From assembly GCA_963790475.1 (NCBI GenBank), contig CAWBOS010000010.1, positions 768,001-832,000 on the forward strand: DNA of 64,000 nucleotides. The letters are read 5' to 3'. Below, piece after piece: positions 18,797 through 29,766 of this stretch. The notes under the pieces are model-generated. The model saw nothing but the letters and a program-made list of their open reading frames with translations. It was not told where the DNA came from and searched no databases. The stretch comes from an uncultured delta proteobacterium (GTDB taxonomy: Bacteria > Desulfobacterota > RBG-13-43-22). Position numbers and translations under genes: made by a program. The first letter of the stretch is position 1, and each line of letters starts with the position of its first letter.

Positions 18797-19945
18797 ATGG
18801 ACTTTAATCTAACCGAAGAACAGCAGATGGTTCGAGAGATGGCCCGGAAGTTTGCTGAGGCCGAGATCAAACCGGTAGCCGCCCGCCTGGATGCCACTCA
18901 TGAACATCCGGCCGAAATCTGTAAAAAGCTGGCCGAGCTTAAATTCCTGGGCATTGCCGTTCCTGAAGAATATGGGGGCGGCGGCATGGACTATGTCAGC
19001 TACGTATTGGCCTTGATCGAGATTTCCAAGGCCTGTGCTTCTACCGGGGCGATTATGTCAGTGAACAATTCCTTGTATTGCTTTCCCGTTATGGCCTTTG
19101 GAACTCATGAACAAAAGATGAAATACCTTTATCCGGTAGCCGCCGGAGAACAATTGGGTTGTTTCGGTCTGACCGAAGCCGGGGCCGGATCGGATCCGAG
19201 CCGCTTGAGGACAACAGCAGTTCTTGATGGCGATGAATGGGTCATCAACGGCGAGAAGAAATTCATCACCAGCGGGAACGTGGCCGGTTTTTGTGTCTTG
19301 GCCTCGGTCACCGACAAAGAGAAAGGTTCGAAAGGGATCAGCAGCTTTGTCGTCGATCTGAAAAACACCCCCGGTTATTCTCTGGGACGGGTGGAAGAAA
19401 AAATGGGGATCAACGCCTCCGGGACAGCGGAAATGATTTTTGATAATGCCCGGTTGCCCAAAGATGCCCTGCTGGGAAAGCTTGGTGAAGGTTTTAAACA
19501 GATGCTGACTACTTTGGACGGAGGACGGATCGGCATTGCCTCCCAGGCCATTGGAATCGGCCGGGCGGTCCTGGAAGAGGGCCTTGAATATGCCAAGACC
19601 CGTGAGCAATTCGGTCACCCGATTTCCGGTTTCCAGGCCATTCAATGGAAACTGGCTGATATGGCCACTCGGTTAGATGCCGCTGAGCTTTTGACTTTGC
19701 GGGCCGCCTGGATGGAAGACAATCACCAGCAATATGAGAAGGCGGCCGCTATGGCCAAGATGTATGCCTCGGACACAGCCATGCAAGCGGCTATCGAGGG
19801 TGTCCAAATCCTGGGAGGTTATGGTTATTGCAAGGAGTACCCTATGGAGCGCCATATGCGGGATGCCAAGATTACCCAGATCTACGAAGGCACCAACGAG
19901 ATCATGCGGGTGGTCATTGCCAATAATATTTTAAAGGGAAGATAG
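18797..19945 (+). CDS. Short-chain acyl-CoA dehydrogenase
   Basis: FGLTEAGAGSD, NGEKKFIT, REQFG, GGYGY, IYEGTNEI. Confidence 0.95.
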   Translation: MDFNLTEEQQMVREMARKFAEAEIKPVAARLDATHEHPAEICKKLAELKFLGIAVPEEYGGGGMDYVSYVLALIEISKACASTGAIMSVNNSLYCFPVMAFGTHEQKMKYLYPVAAGEQLGCFGLTEAGAGSDPSRLRTTAVLDGDEWVINGEKKFITSGNVAGFCVLASVTDKEKGSKGISSFVVDLKNTPGYSLGRVEEKMGINASGTAEMIFDNARLPKDALLGKLGEGFKQMLTTLDGGRIGIASQAIGIGRAVLEEGLEYAKTREQFGHPISGFQAIQWKLADMATRLDAAELLTLRAAWMEDNHQQYEKAAAMAKMYASDTAMQAAIEGVQILGGYGYCKEYPMERHMRDAKITQIYEGTNEIMRVVIANNILKGR

Positions 19946-19951
19946 GCTGAA

Positions 19952-20019
19952 AGTTCGGAGTTTAGAGTTCGGAGTTCAGATCCCCATTTTAACAGGCTCC
20001 GAACTCTGAACTCCGAACT
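19952..20019. repeat. Heptamer-built intergenic inverted repeat
   Basis: AGTTCGGAGTTTAGAGTTCGGAG (19952-19974) pairs 22/23 with 19997-20019. Confidence 0.7.
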
Positions 20020-20077
20020 AATACCCATCGGCCCGGGGACCTTTCTTAGTAAATAGGAAGTGTTGGAATAAATCATT

Positions 20078-21232
20078 ATGAATTTCGCCTTCACCGAAGA
20101 ACAAAAGATGATCCAGGGGATGTGCCGGGATTTTTCACGGACCGAACTGGCCCCACAAGCCACCCGGCTGGATGAGACCAAGGACCGGAATATCTTAAAG
20201 GCCAATTTGAAAAAAATGGCCGATCTGGGTCTGATGGGTGTGAATATTCCCGAGACTTATGGGGGGGCACGAATCGGGGTAGTGGCCTACAGTCTGGCCC
20301 TGACTGAGATCGGGGCCGGGTGTGCGGCCACGGCGGTAACCATGTCGGTGACCAATATGGTGGCCGAAGTACTGCTGGAATTCGGGACGGATGAAATTAA
20401 AAAGAAATATATCCCGCGTCTATGTTCCGGAGAATACCCGGCCGGGGCCTTCGGCCTGACCGAATCCGGTGCCGGATCGGACCCGGCGGGCATGAAGACC
20501 ACGGCGGTATTGGATGGGAATGAATGGGTCCTGGACGGCCAGAAGATTTTTATTTCCAGCGCTGAGTATGCGGGGGTGGTGGTGGTCTGGGCCGTGACCA
20601 ACAAGAAGGCACCGAAAGGCCGGGGGATCAGTGCCTTCGTCGTTGAAAAGGGCACGCCCGGGTATGTCGTTGGAACCGATGAAAAAAAGATGGGCCAGAA
20701 AGGGTCCAGCACCAATCAACTCATCTTCGACCGCTGCCGCATTCCCAAAGAGAACCTTCTGGGTTCGGTGGATGACGGCTTTCGGATTTCCCTGATGGAA
20801 CTGGCCGGAGGCCGAATCGGGATCGGGTCCATGTCCATCGGCATCGGCCGGGCGGCGATGGATTTTGCTGTGGAGTATGCCAAAAGCAGGGAACAATTCG
20901 GCCAGCCTATTGCTCAGTTTCAAGCTATTCAATGGATGATAGCCGATTCTTATACCGAACTTTCGGCGGCTCAGATGCTTGTTTTGCGGGCCGCCTTTCT
21001 TAAAGAATCAGGCCGATCCTTTACCCGGGAGGCTTCCATGGGAAAACTGCTGGCCTCCGAAGCCTGCAATAAGGCCTGCTATAACGCGGTTCAAATTCTG
21101 GGGGGCTATGGTTACACCACCGATTTTCCGGTGGAGCGGATGGCCCGGGATGCGCGGGTAACGACCCTTTATGAAGGGACCTCGGAGATTCAACGTTTGG
21201 TGATCGCCCGTTCCCTGTTGGAAGGAAGATAA
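20078..21232 (+). CDS. Acyl-CoA dehydrogenase, second paralog
   Basis: FGLTESGAGSD, REQFG, GGYGY, LYEGTSEIQR. Confidence 0.95.
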   Translation: MNFAFTEEQKMIQGMCRDFSRTELAPQATRLDETKDRNILKANLKKMADLGLMGVNIPETYGGARIGVVAYSLALTEIGAGCAATAVTMSVTNMVAEVLLEFGTDEIKKKYIPRLCSGEYPAGAFGLTESGAGSDPAGMKTTAVLDGNEWVLDGQKIFISSAEYAGVVVVWAVTNKKAPKGRGISAFVVEKGTPGYVVGTDEKKMGQKGSSTNQLIFDRCRIPKENLLGSVDDGFRISLMELAGGRIGIGSMSIGIGRAAMDFAVEYAKSREQFGQPIAQFQAIQWMIADSYTELSAAQMLVLRAAFLKESGRSFTREASMGKLLASEACNKACYNAVQILGGYGYTTDFPVERMARDARVTTLYEGTSEIQRLVIARSLLEGR

Positions 21233-21234
21233 AT

Positions 21235-21771
21235 TTGGCGGAAGATCGACACCAGGGCATGATTCAGGTTTATACCGGAGATGGCAAGGGAAAGACTACG
21301 GCCGCCCTGGGATTGGCTTTCAGAGCGGTAGGACACGGCCGTAAGGTAGTTATGCTGCAATTCATGAAAGGTCCGGAACAAACCGGGGAAATGAAGGCCG
21401 CCCAAAAGCTGGCCCCTTTGTTGACCATCAAACCGATGGGGCGCGCCGGATTTATCGATAAAGACCATCCGGATCTCGAGGATAAGACTTTGGCCCTTAA
21501 AGCCCTGGATTATGCCAGGGAAATCATGTTGAACCAGCCGATTGATATTTTAATCCTGGATGAAATCAATGTGGCCCTGGCCTTTGGGCTTTTGCCGATT
21601 GAGGCCGTTTTGGATCTAATCAAAATAAAACCCGATTCCCTGGAACTGGTTTTAACCGGCCGATATGCCGATCCGAGGATATCGGAGATGGCCGATCTGG
21701 TTACGGAAATGAAAAACCAAAAACACTATTTTGCCCAAGGGGTGCCGGATCGGGTGGGTATTGAGAGGTAA
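21235..21771 (+). CDS. cobO: Cob(I)alamin adenosyltransferase
   Basis: [30 protein letters not shown]. Confidence 0.92.
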   Translation: MAEDRHQGMIQVYTGDGKGKTTAALGLAFRAVGHGRKVVMLQFMKGPEQTGEMKAAQKLAPLLTIKPMGRAGFIDKDHPDLEDKTLALKALDYAREIMLNQPIDILILDEINVALAFGLLPIEAVLDLIKIKPDSLELVLTGRYADPRISEMADLVTEMKNQKHYFAQGVPDRVGIER

Positions 21772-21773
21772 AG

Positions 21774-23450
21774 ATGTTTAAAAAAGACCAGATGGATAAG
21801 GTCAGGAAAGGTAAAAAGGTCTGGCAAGGGGAATTAACCTCCCAGCTTTCCCAAATGCCGGAACGGAAAAATCGCTTTTCGACGGTTTCCGATTTGGAGA
21901 TAAAAGATTTATATACTCCGGAAGACCTGTCAGATATGGATTTTGAGAAAGATATTTCCTTTCCCTGTTCCTATCCTTTTACCCGTGGGGTGCAGCCTTC
22001 CATGTACCGGGGCCGCCTGTGGACGATGCGCATGTTTGCCGGACTGGGCTCGGCTGAGGATACCAATAAACGTTTCCACTACTTGGTGCAACAGGGTCAA
22101 ACCGGACTCTCCACGGCCTTTGATATGCCCACCCTGATGGGTTACGACACCGATTCTCCAATGGCCAGAGGGGAAGGCGGGAAATGCGGTGTGGCCATTG
22201 ATACCCTGAAAGATATGGAGATCCTTTTTGACGGTTTGCCCATTGACCGGATCACCACCTCGATGACCATCAATCCGCCCGCCTCGGTGATCTGGGCCAT
22301 GTATATCGCCATGGCCGAAAAAAGGGGCATCCCCAGAAATAAGCTGGGCGGAACCATTCAGAATGATATGTTAAAAGAATTTGCGGCCCAAAAGACTTTT
22401 ATGTGTCCCCCCCGGCCGTCGGTACGACTGGTGATCGACACCGTCGAATTCGGGACCCGAGAAGTCCCCCGCTGGAATACCATCAGCATCAGCGGCTATC
22501 ACATCCGGGAGGCCGGCTCCACCGCTGTTCAGGAACTGGCTTTTACCCTGGCCGACGGTTTGGCCTATGTACAGGCGGCGGTCGAGCGGGGTTTGAAAGT
22601 GGATGATTTCGCGCCCCGCCTTTCTTTTTTCTTCAATGCCCACAGTGATTTTTTTGAAGAAATCGCCAAATACCGGGCCGCCCGCAGGATGTGGGCCCGG
22701 TTTATGAAGGAACGGTTTAAGGCCGAAAACCCCAGGTCCTGGTGGCTGCGTTTTCATACTCAGACCGCCGGTTGTTCACTGACCGCCCAGCAACCGTATA
22801 ATAATGTGATCCGGACGGCCCTTCAGGCCCTGTCAGCCGTATTGGGCGGAACCCAATCGTTGCATACCAATTCTTTGGACGAGGTCCTGGCCATACCCAC
22901 CGAAGAAGCGGCCACCATCGCCTTGCGAACCCAACAAATCATCGCCGAGGAATCCGGTGTGGCCAATACCATCGATCCTTTAGGGGGATCTTATTTTGTT
23001 GAGTCATTGACCAATGAGATGGAAGCCCAGGCCATGGAATACATCCGGAAGATCGACGAGATGGGGGGCATGATCGAGGCGCTGGAACGGCATTATCCTC
23101 AAATGGAGATCGCCGATGCCGCCTATAAGTTTCAACAGCAGATTGACCGGCGGGAAAAGGTCATGGTCGGGGTCAATAAATATGAAACGGAAGAGGCCCC
23201 GCCGGTGGAAATCTTAAAGATCGATCCGGAATTGGAAAAACGGCAGATTACCCGTATCCAGGAGGTTAAGAATAATCGGAACAACCAAAAAGTCCGGGGA
23301 TGTCTGGATCGTTTGGGCAATGCCTGTGCCGGCCAGCAGAATGTCATGCCCTTTCTGATCGAGGCCGTAAAAGAACAGGCCACCTTGCAGGAATGTTGTG
23401 ATGTATACCGCAAGGTGTTCGGGGTCTATCGCGATCCGGGAATATACTGA
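21774..23450 (+). CDS. Acyl-CoA mutase large subunit, isobutyryl-CoA mutase type
   Basis: [37 protein letters not shown] (Phe) and [12 protein letters not shown] (Gln) occupy the positions that are Tyr/Arg in methylmalonyl-CoA mutase. Confidence 0.85.
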   Translation: MFKKDQMDKVRKGKKVWQGELTSQLSQMPERKNRFSTVSDLEIKDLYTPEDLSDMDFEKDISFPCSYPFTRGVQPSMYRGRLWTMRMFAGLGSAEDTNKRFHYLVQQGQTGLSTAFDMPTLMGYDTDSPMARGEGGKCGVAIDTLKDMEILFDGLPIDRITTSMTINPPASVIWAMYIAMAEKRGIPRNKLGGTIQNDMLKEFAAQKTFMCPPRPSVRLVIDTVEFGTREVPRWNTISISGYHIREAGSTAVQELAFTLADGLAYVQAAVERGLKVDDFAPRLSFFFNAHSDFFEEIAKYRAARRMWARFMKERFKAENPRSWWLRFHTQTAGCSLTAQQPYNNVIRTALQALSAVLGGTQSLHTNSLDEVLAIPTEEAATIALRTQQIIAEESGVANTIDPLGGSYFVESLTNEMEAQAMEYIRKIDEMGGMIEALERHYPQMEIADAAYKFQQQIDRREKVMVGVNKYETEEAPPVEILKIDPELEKRQITRIQEVKNNRNNQKVRGCLDRLGNACAGQQNVMPFLIEAVKEQATLQECCDVYRKVFGVYRDPGIY

Positions 23451-23531
23451 TTGCCGATTGCGGAATTAAAGACCTGGCAAAAGAATCCTGGCGATCCGGT
23501 AAATCCTGTCTAAGAAAAGGATAAAAATTAT

Positions 23532-23936
23532 ATGAAACAGGAACGAAAGATCCGTATATTGGTCGGAAAACCCGGACTGGATGGGCACGATCGAGGGGCG
23601 CGTATTATTGCCCGGGCCTTCAGGGATGCGGGGTTTGAAGTGGTCTATACCGGATTACATCAGACGCCGGAACAGATCGTTCAGGCCGCCATCCAGGAGG
23701 ATGTGGACCTGATCGGCTTGTCCAGTCTGGCCGGGGCCCATAACTATCTATTCCCTCAGGTCCTGGATCTACTGAAGGAAAAAGGGGCCGAAGATATCGC
23801 CTTGATCGGCGGCGGGATCTTCCCCGAAGAAGACATTCAATCCTTAAAACAAATGGGGGTCAAAGAAATCTTTACCCCCGGGGCCTCTCTTGACCGTATT
23901 GCCGATTGGGTTAGAGAAAATATCAAGCCGAGATAA
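23532..23936 (+). CDS. Acyl-CoA mutase cobalamin-binding small subunit
   Basis: [10 protein letters not shown] (DxHxxG), GLSSL, GGG. Confidence 0.93.
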   Translation: MKQERKIRILVGKPGLDGHDRGARIIARAFRDAGFEVVYTGLHQTPEQIVQAAIQEDVDLIGLSSLAGAHNYLFPQVLDLLKEKGAEDIALIGGGIFPEEDIQSLKQMGVKEIFTPGASLDRIADWVRENIKPR

Positions 23937-23952
23937 TTTTTAAAGGTCTCTT

Positions 23953-26646
23953 TTATTTTTTCCCATCCTTCATTTGAATCAGAATTTGTTCCAAGTCCTT
24001 CAAGGCCTGTCCGTAGGCCGTCCAGTTTTCCTGCTTTAAAGCGTTTCGAGCCTTCTGATAGTATTCCCAGGCCTGATTACCCAGAGACGGAGAGGGTTGG
24101 GCTTTCCCCTGGGCTAAGGGCTGGGAGGGCTGCTCCTCCCGTGGCTTCTTGATTTCCTGTCCGAAGATGCGGCCCAGGGATTTTTCCAAAGTTTCTTCCA
24201 TGGCAATCTGGTTTTCATACGCCACAACAACTCGTTTGAGTTCCGGGATTTGTCCGCTCTCCGCTTTGATATACAAAGGTTGTACATAAATCAGGGACCC
24301 TTCGATAGGAATCACCAAAAGAGTCCCCAAGGTCACCTTGGAGCCTCGCTGGTCCCACAAGGAGAGTTGCCGGGAAATGTCCGGATCTTGGTTGATGCGC
24401 GATTCGATCTGTTTCGGACCGTAAACCAGTCGTTGCTTGGGAAATCGATAGACCACAAATTTTCCGAAATGAGGAAAATCACAATTAACGGACATCCAGG
24501 CGGCCAGGTTGTCTTTTTTCTGGGGGGTAAAAGGGATCATCAAAATAAATTCTTCCTTTTTTTCATTGGGAAGACGCATGATGGTGTAATAGGATTCCAT
24601 GTTTTTCGTCGTCGATTGTAGATTGGCCGGAATTTCCCAAACGTCTTCCCGGTTATAAAAGGTTTGAGGGTTCGTCATATGGTAGATGGCATAGATCCTT
24701 GATTGGATATCAAACAAGAAATGAGGATAGCGTAAATGACTTTTCAGGTCCGGATCCATGGCCTCCAACGGTTTGAAAAGATCCGGGAAAATTCGGGCAT
24801 AGGCTTTGGTCAAAGGATCCTTTCCATCTTTGATGTACAGTTGGACCGAACCTTCATAGGCATCAACCACGGCCACCACCGAATTACGGATATAATTTCC
24901 GATTTTTTTGACCGGCCGGGAATAGGGGAAATTGGAGGACATCGCATAGGCATCCAGGATCCAAAAGAGCCTTCCCCCCGAAACGACCAAGTAAGGATCC
25001 TGATCAACCTGAAGAAAAGGGACCAGCTTTTGAACCCGGGTTTGAATGGAGCGGTCAAACAGGATTCGGCTTTGGGGGGTAATATCCGAAGAAAGTAAGA
25101 TCTTAAAGGCGCCGAACCGTAGGGACCAGAGGGCTTTCTTGAGAAATCCTCCAATAGGAATTCCACCTCTACCCTGGTAACTGGCAAAAACATTTTGGTC
25201 CCCGGATGGATAGTTGAACTCTTTTTGCCGGCTGTTGACGATGATATAATCATTTTCAATCTCGCCGAAATAGATTTCCGGCTGAGTCACCTTCAGATCG
25301 GTTTTGGAAACCGGCGGGATATCCTGGATAAGCAGGTCCGGAAGCCCTTCCGGGGTGACCTGATTGACCACCCCGAGGGTCAACCCGTAGCCATGGGTAT
25401 AAATCAGGTGTTCATTGATCCAATTTTTGCTGGGCAGATCGGCATAGGATAGTTCCCGAGGGGAAAGCATGACCTGACGGTATTCCTTATTGATATAGTA
25501 GCGGTCATTATCCACGAATTGAAATTTATAGTAGGTTCTGATCTCCTGGAGCTGACTGAAGGTTTCCAATAACGGGCGGTGATCCCAGAGACGGATGTTA
25601 TTAACCGTCGGGCGGTTGGCCTCGATCAAGGCGGGTGTCAAAGTCGTTTCTGCGGCTAATTGACGTTCTTCCACCTGACTGAGACCAAACCCTTGAAGGG
25701 TCCCCTGGATGTACCGGGAAAGGTAGGATGATTCCTTTTGGATTTCATTGGGGGTGACAATAAAACGCTGAACAAATCCAGGTAGAAGATAGACCCCGAT
25801 AATATAGCATCCGATAAAAAGAGCCAGAACCCCGTAAATCCAGCGCCCTCCCGGCCTGAAGGCTCGAACCAAAAAGAGGAGCCCGGTCAAAAGGGAGACG
25901 AAGATCATAACGCCCAGAACAGGCAGGAGATAATTTTGATCAACAAAGCCGGGGCCAAAAACCACCCCTCGGCCGGTAAAGAGGAGATCAAATCGGGAAA
26001 GATAAAAATAATAGGTCAGATAAAGAAAAAGGACCCCAAAGATGGCGAAAAGGTAGCTTTTAACCCAGGGCTTGAGGACCACCCCTCTGGGGCCGACCTG
26101 GAATTGGAACCGGACAACAATGATCAACAAGGCCGAAAAGAGGGACAGGAACCACAGGCCGGTAAACCAGCCGCTTATGTATTGTAAAAAAGGAAGCCGG
26201 AACATATAAAAAGAAATATCTTGATTGAAAACAGGATCGGATTGCCCGATAGGCAAGGCATTGAGGAAGAGTTGGGAAGATTCCCATTGGCCGGCTGCCC
26301 CCAGACCCATGAAAATTCCTACCAGAATAGCCGCCGGTAATAAGAAGGAGAGGAGACGTCTTTCCAGCCAGATCGGGAGGTTAATGGGGAGGGCTTCGGG
26401 ATTTAGAGGGTAGGGGGTATGGGCTTGCCGAAACACCAGGCGGCCGTGTAAATAGAACAGGAGGGCCGAAAGGAAGCCGAAGATGCCCCCCAAGAGCAAT
26501 TTATAATTGATAAGACGCAGGAAGACCGAGGTGTATCCCAAGGATTTAAACCAGAGCCATTCGGTGTAGAATCCCAGGAGACTGGAACCGACAACGAAAA
26601 GAACCAAGAGGAGCAACACCAAGGACAGGATTGGTCGTTTTATCAT
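23953..26646 (-). CDS. UPF0182 family membrane protein
   Basis: EWLWFKSLGY, DPVFNQDISFY, NIRLWD, YTHGYG, NYIRNSV, PELKRV. Start set at MIKRP behind AAGGGGGA. Confidence 0.92.
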   Translation of the reverse strand: MIKRPILSLVLLLLVLFVVGSSLLGFYTEWLWFKSLGYTSVFLRLINYKLLLGGIFGFLSALLFYLHGRLVFRQAHTPYPLNPEALPINLPIWLERRLLSFLLPAAILVGIFMGLGAAGQWESSQLFLNALPIGQSDPVFNQDISFYMFRLPFLQYISGWFTGLWFLSLFSALLIIVVRFQFQVGPRGVVLKPWVKSYLFAIFGVLFLYLTYYFYLSRFDLLFTGRGVVFGPGFVDQNYLLPVLGVMIFVSLLTGLLFLVRAFRPGGRWIYGVLALFIGCYIIGVYLLPGFVQRFIVTPNEIQKESSYLSRYIQGTLQGFGLSQVEERQLAAETTLTPALIEANRPTVNNIRLWDHRPLLETFSQLQEIRTYYKFQFVDNDRYYINKEYRQVMLSPRELSYADLPSKNWINEHLIYTHGYGLTLGVVNQVTPEGLPDLLIQDIPPVSKTDLKVTQPEIYFGEIENDYIIVNSRQKEFNYPSGDQNVFASYQGRGGIPIGGFLKKALWSLRFGAFKILLSSDITPQSRILFDRSIQTRVQKLVPFLQVDQDPYLVVSGGRLFWILDAYAMSSNFPYSRPVKKIGNYIRNSVVAVVDAYEGSVQLYIKDGKDPLTKAYARIFPDLFKPLEAMDPDLKSHLRYPHFLFDIQSRIYAIYHMTNPQTFYNREDVWEIPANLQSTTKNMESYYTIMRLPNEKKEEFILMIPFTPQKKDNLAAWMSVNCDFPHFGKFVVYRFPKQRLVYGPKQIESRINQDPDISRQLSLWDQRGSKVTLGTLLVIPIEGSLIYVQPLYIKAESGQIPELKRVVVAYENQIAMEETLEKSLGRIFGQEIKKPREEQPSQPLAQGKAQPSPSLGNQAWEYYQKARNALKQENWTAYGQALKDLEQILIQMKDGKK

Positions 26647-26820
26647 AGCTATTTCCCCCTTCGTACTCATTGGCCGTCGTCCTATGCGTTTTTCGCGGCG
26701 GCCGAATCGGTAACGAGCCGCAAACAGAAAGAACGAATGTTTAAAGTATTGTATTCTTTTTGATTTTATATTAATAAAGAATACAACTATTGTCAACACA
26801 ATAGCAGGAGGTGTTTTACC

Positions 26821-27297
26821 ATGTATCTATTTAAACAAGTTAAAGTAGAAAAAGACATGATTCTGATTGGAAAACCCAAGCCGGAAGATTTAAAGAATCT
26901 CATGCAGCAGGGTTATCGGAAGGTGTTGGATATTATGCCCCTGGCCCTCAAAGATAGGGGACTGGCCCGCCGGGTTCGTTCAACCGGAATGAGCTATCAT
27001 CACATCCCGGTGGAGTCCTGTGATCTGGAGAGTTGTCACCTTGACGATGACTGGGTGGTCCGTTTTTTCCGTTACCTGGTCCGACATGGTCAAGAACCCA
27101 TGATCATCAATACCGATGATGAGACCCTGGGGATCAGCCTGGTCATGTTGTCCGCTTTGTTTTTGGAAGGGCAACCCTATCAAGAAGTAATTCGATCCGT
27201 CGAAGCCCTGGGAGTTTCCTTAAAGGGCAGGAAGGACATTAAACGATTCATTCGGGATTTCAATAAGCATTACCAGGGAAAAATGATAGCGCGATGA
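26821..27297 (+). CDS. Hypothetical protein, possible inactive phosphatase-like fold
   Basis: GKP...LKNL..QGYRKVLD...GMSYHHIPV resembles DUF442/PTP-like proteins but lacks CxxxxxR; RBS AGGAGG. Confidence 0.55.
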   Translation: MYLFKQVKVEKDMILIGKPKPEDLKNLMQQGYRKVLDIMPLALKDRGLARRVRSTGMSYHHIPVESCDLESCHLDDDWVVRFFRYLVRHGQEPMIINTDDETLGISLVMLSALFLEGQPYQEVIRSVEALGVSLKGRKDIKRFIRDFNKHYQGKMIAR

Positions 27298-28250
27298 TTG
27301 CCGGGCAAAAAGACTTTCTATGTATTCCCCCCTTTCAGGATGCCCATATTCACCTTATGATCGATGGGCATCCGGCAACCCTGGATGATTGCCCTTCTCT
27401 GTTCGCCGAATATTTTTCCAAAGGGATTGTGTCCCTGTCGGATATGGGGCATAAAAGCGGTCTTGGGTTGGAGGTTAAAAAAATCCCAGATCGTTTCGGT
27501 TTATTCCCACTGGAGTTTCACTCGGCAGGTTGGGCCCTTCATAAAAGAGGGGGGTATGGCGGATTTCTGGGAGAAGGGGTTTCAGGGAAAGAGGAAATCA
27601 GGTCAGCCATTCAGACCTTGTCCAAGACCGGCGCGGATTTTATCAAAATCATCAATTCAGGCATCGTTTCTCTGCAGGAAGAAAAACCTGTTACCAAGGG
27701 TGGCTTTTCCGGAGACGAATGGAAGCTGATTCAGGAAGAGGCCGGGGTTCATGGTCTTCCGGTCTGCTGTCATGCCAATTCGGACCGGGCCATCCGGCAG
27801 GCCGTTGATTTTGGGGTGTCCTCCATTGAACATGGTTTTTATATCAGCAGGGAGACCCTGCAGGTAATGTCTGAATTGGGTGTGGCCTGGACCCCAACGG
27901 CCTTTGCCCTCCTGAGTCTTAAGGCCTCTTTGTCCGGCGAAGAACAAAACCGGATTGATCGGATTGTAGATCTTCACCTGGAGGCCATTAATTATGCCGC
28001 CTCCATTGGAGCAAAATTGAAGGTCGGTACCGACAGCGGATCCAAAGGGATCAGACCGGGGGAATCCTTTTTTAGGGAATTGCAGCTTTTTCAGAAGGCC
28101 GGGTTATCCCTGGAGCAAATCCTGTCCGCCGCCTGTTTGGATCAGGCCGAGATTGACCAGGGAAATTATCTTCTGATTGAAAATAATTTCATCAAAATGA
28201 AAAAGGTGGAATCTGTTTTCATTAAGGGCGCTCCGATTTTCACAGAATAA
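27294..28250 (+). CDS. Metal-dependent amidohydrolase
   Basis: PPFQDAHIH, GADFIK, CHA, SIEHG, GTDSG; ATGA-coupled to the upstream gene. Confidence 0.88.
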   Translation: MIAGQKDFLCIPPFQDAHIHLMIDGHPATLDDCPSLFAEYFSKGIVSLSDMGHKSGLGLEVKKIPDRFGLFPLEFHSAGWALHKRGGYGGFLGEGVSGKEEIRSAIQTLSKTGADFIKIINSGIVSLQEEKPVTKGGFSGDEWKLIQEEAGVHGLPVCCHANSDRAIRQAVDFGVSSIEHGFYISRETLQVMSELGVAWTPTAFALLSLKASLSGEEQNRIDRIVDLHLEAINYAASIGAKLKVGTDSGSKGIRPGESFFRELQLFQKAGLSLEQILSAACLDQAEIDQGNYLLIENNFIKMKKVESVFIKGAPIFTE

Positions 28251-28614
28251 GAATAATCCAGGGACCTTTAAACTTTTAAGCTTTTAACGGGAAATCATCT
28301 TAAATTCTAAAAAGTTTAGAAGTTTAACAAAGAATGCCCCGTGAGATGACATTCCTGACTAGATTATCTTTGTCTGAGTTCCATTGTACGACCGGGGTCA
28401 TCTTCCCATCTGATTGTCTTGAAATGCCCAACACAAGAATCTTTTTCCATTCCAGTGATCATAGGTTGCGTCACCACCATGTTGATCATTTTTTACCTCT
28501 CCAATCCTTGATAAAATTTTTTTTTAATGGGTAGAGCGTAAAAGGAGAGAACAAAAAATTCAGACCCACGGTGTATTTTCTCCAGCAAAGCGATAACCTT
28601 AGGGGACACACGGA

Positions 28615-29169
28615 CTATTTTTTTATATTCTCCTTTTTGGGTTCATTGGCGAGTCTGATGACTTTCTCAGTGATCTCTTCGACAGGTTTATCGAAATAAA
28701 CCACCCCGCTCTTGGATTCCAGAATCATGGTATACCCTTCCTCTTTAGCCAGCTTTTTGGTTATATCAAATAACTCATTCAAAAGAGGCTGCATAGCGTT
28801 ATATTCATCCTTTTGCATCTCTTCTTCTTTTTTCCGACCCAATTCCCTTAGCTCCTCGTCCTTCCGGATCAATTCCTTCTCTCGTTCTCTCTTGGCATCG
28901 GCACTCAGGACATTGCTTTTTTCATTAAATTCATCATTCAGTTTTTTTAATTCTTCCCTCTTGGCCACCAAATCCTTTTTAATCCGGTCCGATTTTTCCT
29001 GTAGATCTTTAGAGGCTTTTTTACCGGACTCGGATTGATGGATGCACTTTTGCAGATCAATGACCCCGATTTTAAGGACCTCGCCGGCCCAAGAAGGGGC
29101 GGCAGTCCAAAGAAAAGCAAGTCCCCAAAAAATAACAGCCTTCGGTGAAAAAAGTTTATTCATATTCAA
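28615..29169 (-). CDS. OmpH/Skp periplasmic chaperone
   Basis: Signal peptide, KIGVIDLQ, coiled coil, AKEEGYTMIL, ITEKVI. Confidence 0.9.
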   Translation of the reverse strand: MNMNKLFSPKAVIFWGLAFLWTAAPSWAGEVLKIGVIDLQKCIHQSESGKKASKDLQEKSDRIKKDLVAKREELKKLNDEFNEKSNVLSADAKREREKELIRKDEELRELGRKKEEEMQKDEYNAMQPLLNELFDITKKLAKEEGYTMILESKSGVVYFDKPVEEITEKVIRLANEPKKENIKK

Positions 29170-29236
29170 TCTCCTAACTGATCGTAATATTAACTTCTAA
29201 TCCCCCCAAATGCGGGATTGGAATCATCGACCTCTA

Positions 29237-29563
29237 TTATCTGTTAAAAAGGCGCCCCGATGGAGAATGCCCAGGCACCTGTATATTGTCCAAAGACCAT
29301 GGGCTAACATTTCGCGTAGGAGGACCAATTTCTGGAGTGGGGCCTTGTGGGGTGGGATTGTTTGGATCAGGCACAGTATCCAGCTGGGTCCCTTTATCAA
29401 CATCGAATTGTGAAGGTGCAACTGCATCTTCCATAGGGGGGCATCAATCGGCAAAGGTCGTACCAGAAGCAAGCAACAGTAATGTAACTACTAAACAGAA
29501 AAACAGAACCCCTATGATTTCAATAGTGATGTCTTTTCTTTCTAACCATATTATTTTTACCAT
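29237..29563 (-). CDS. Small exported Pro-rich protein with in-frame TGA (possible selenoprotein or nonsense pseudogene)
   Basis: Manual translation: MVKIIWLERKDITIEIIGVLFFCLVVTLLLLASGTTFAD-TGA-CPPMEDAVAPSQF...LFNR. TGA is at 29446-29444 with a hairpin ~11 nt downstream. Confidence 0.5.
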
Positions 29564-29766
29564 AACAAATGCTCTAATAAATGTAGTACTTGGGGATATA
29601 CGCCAATCATTTCATTGTGCTGATTCATCTTTGGTTATAGTCAGTATTAGGCCTTAACCAAAGAATGCTCCGTGGGAATCACTATCCACTTCCTGCACTA
29701 AGACTTCAAAACTCTTTGAACTTCCAGGCATTTCAAAAGTGGTGCTATACAATCTTTCTTGTCTTA

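Noticed and set aside
21774-23450. Methylmalonyl-CoA mutase call
   Set aside because: Specificity residues are Phe/Gln rather than Tyr/Arg.
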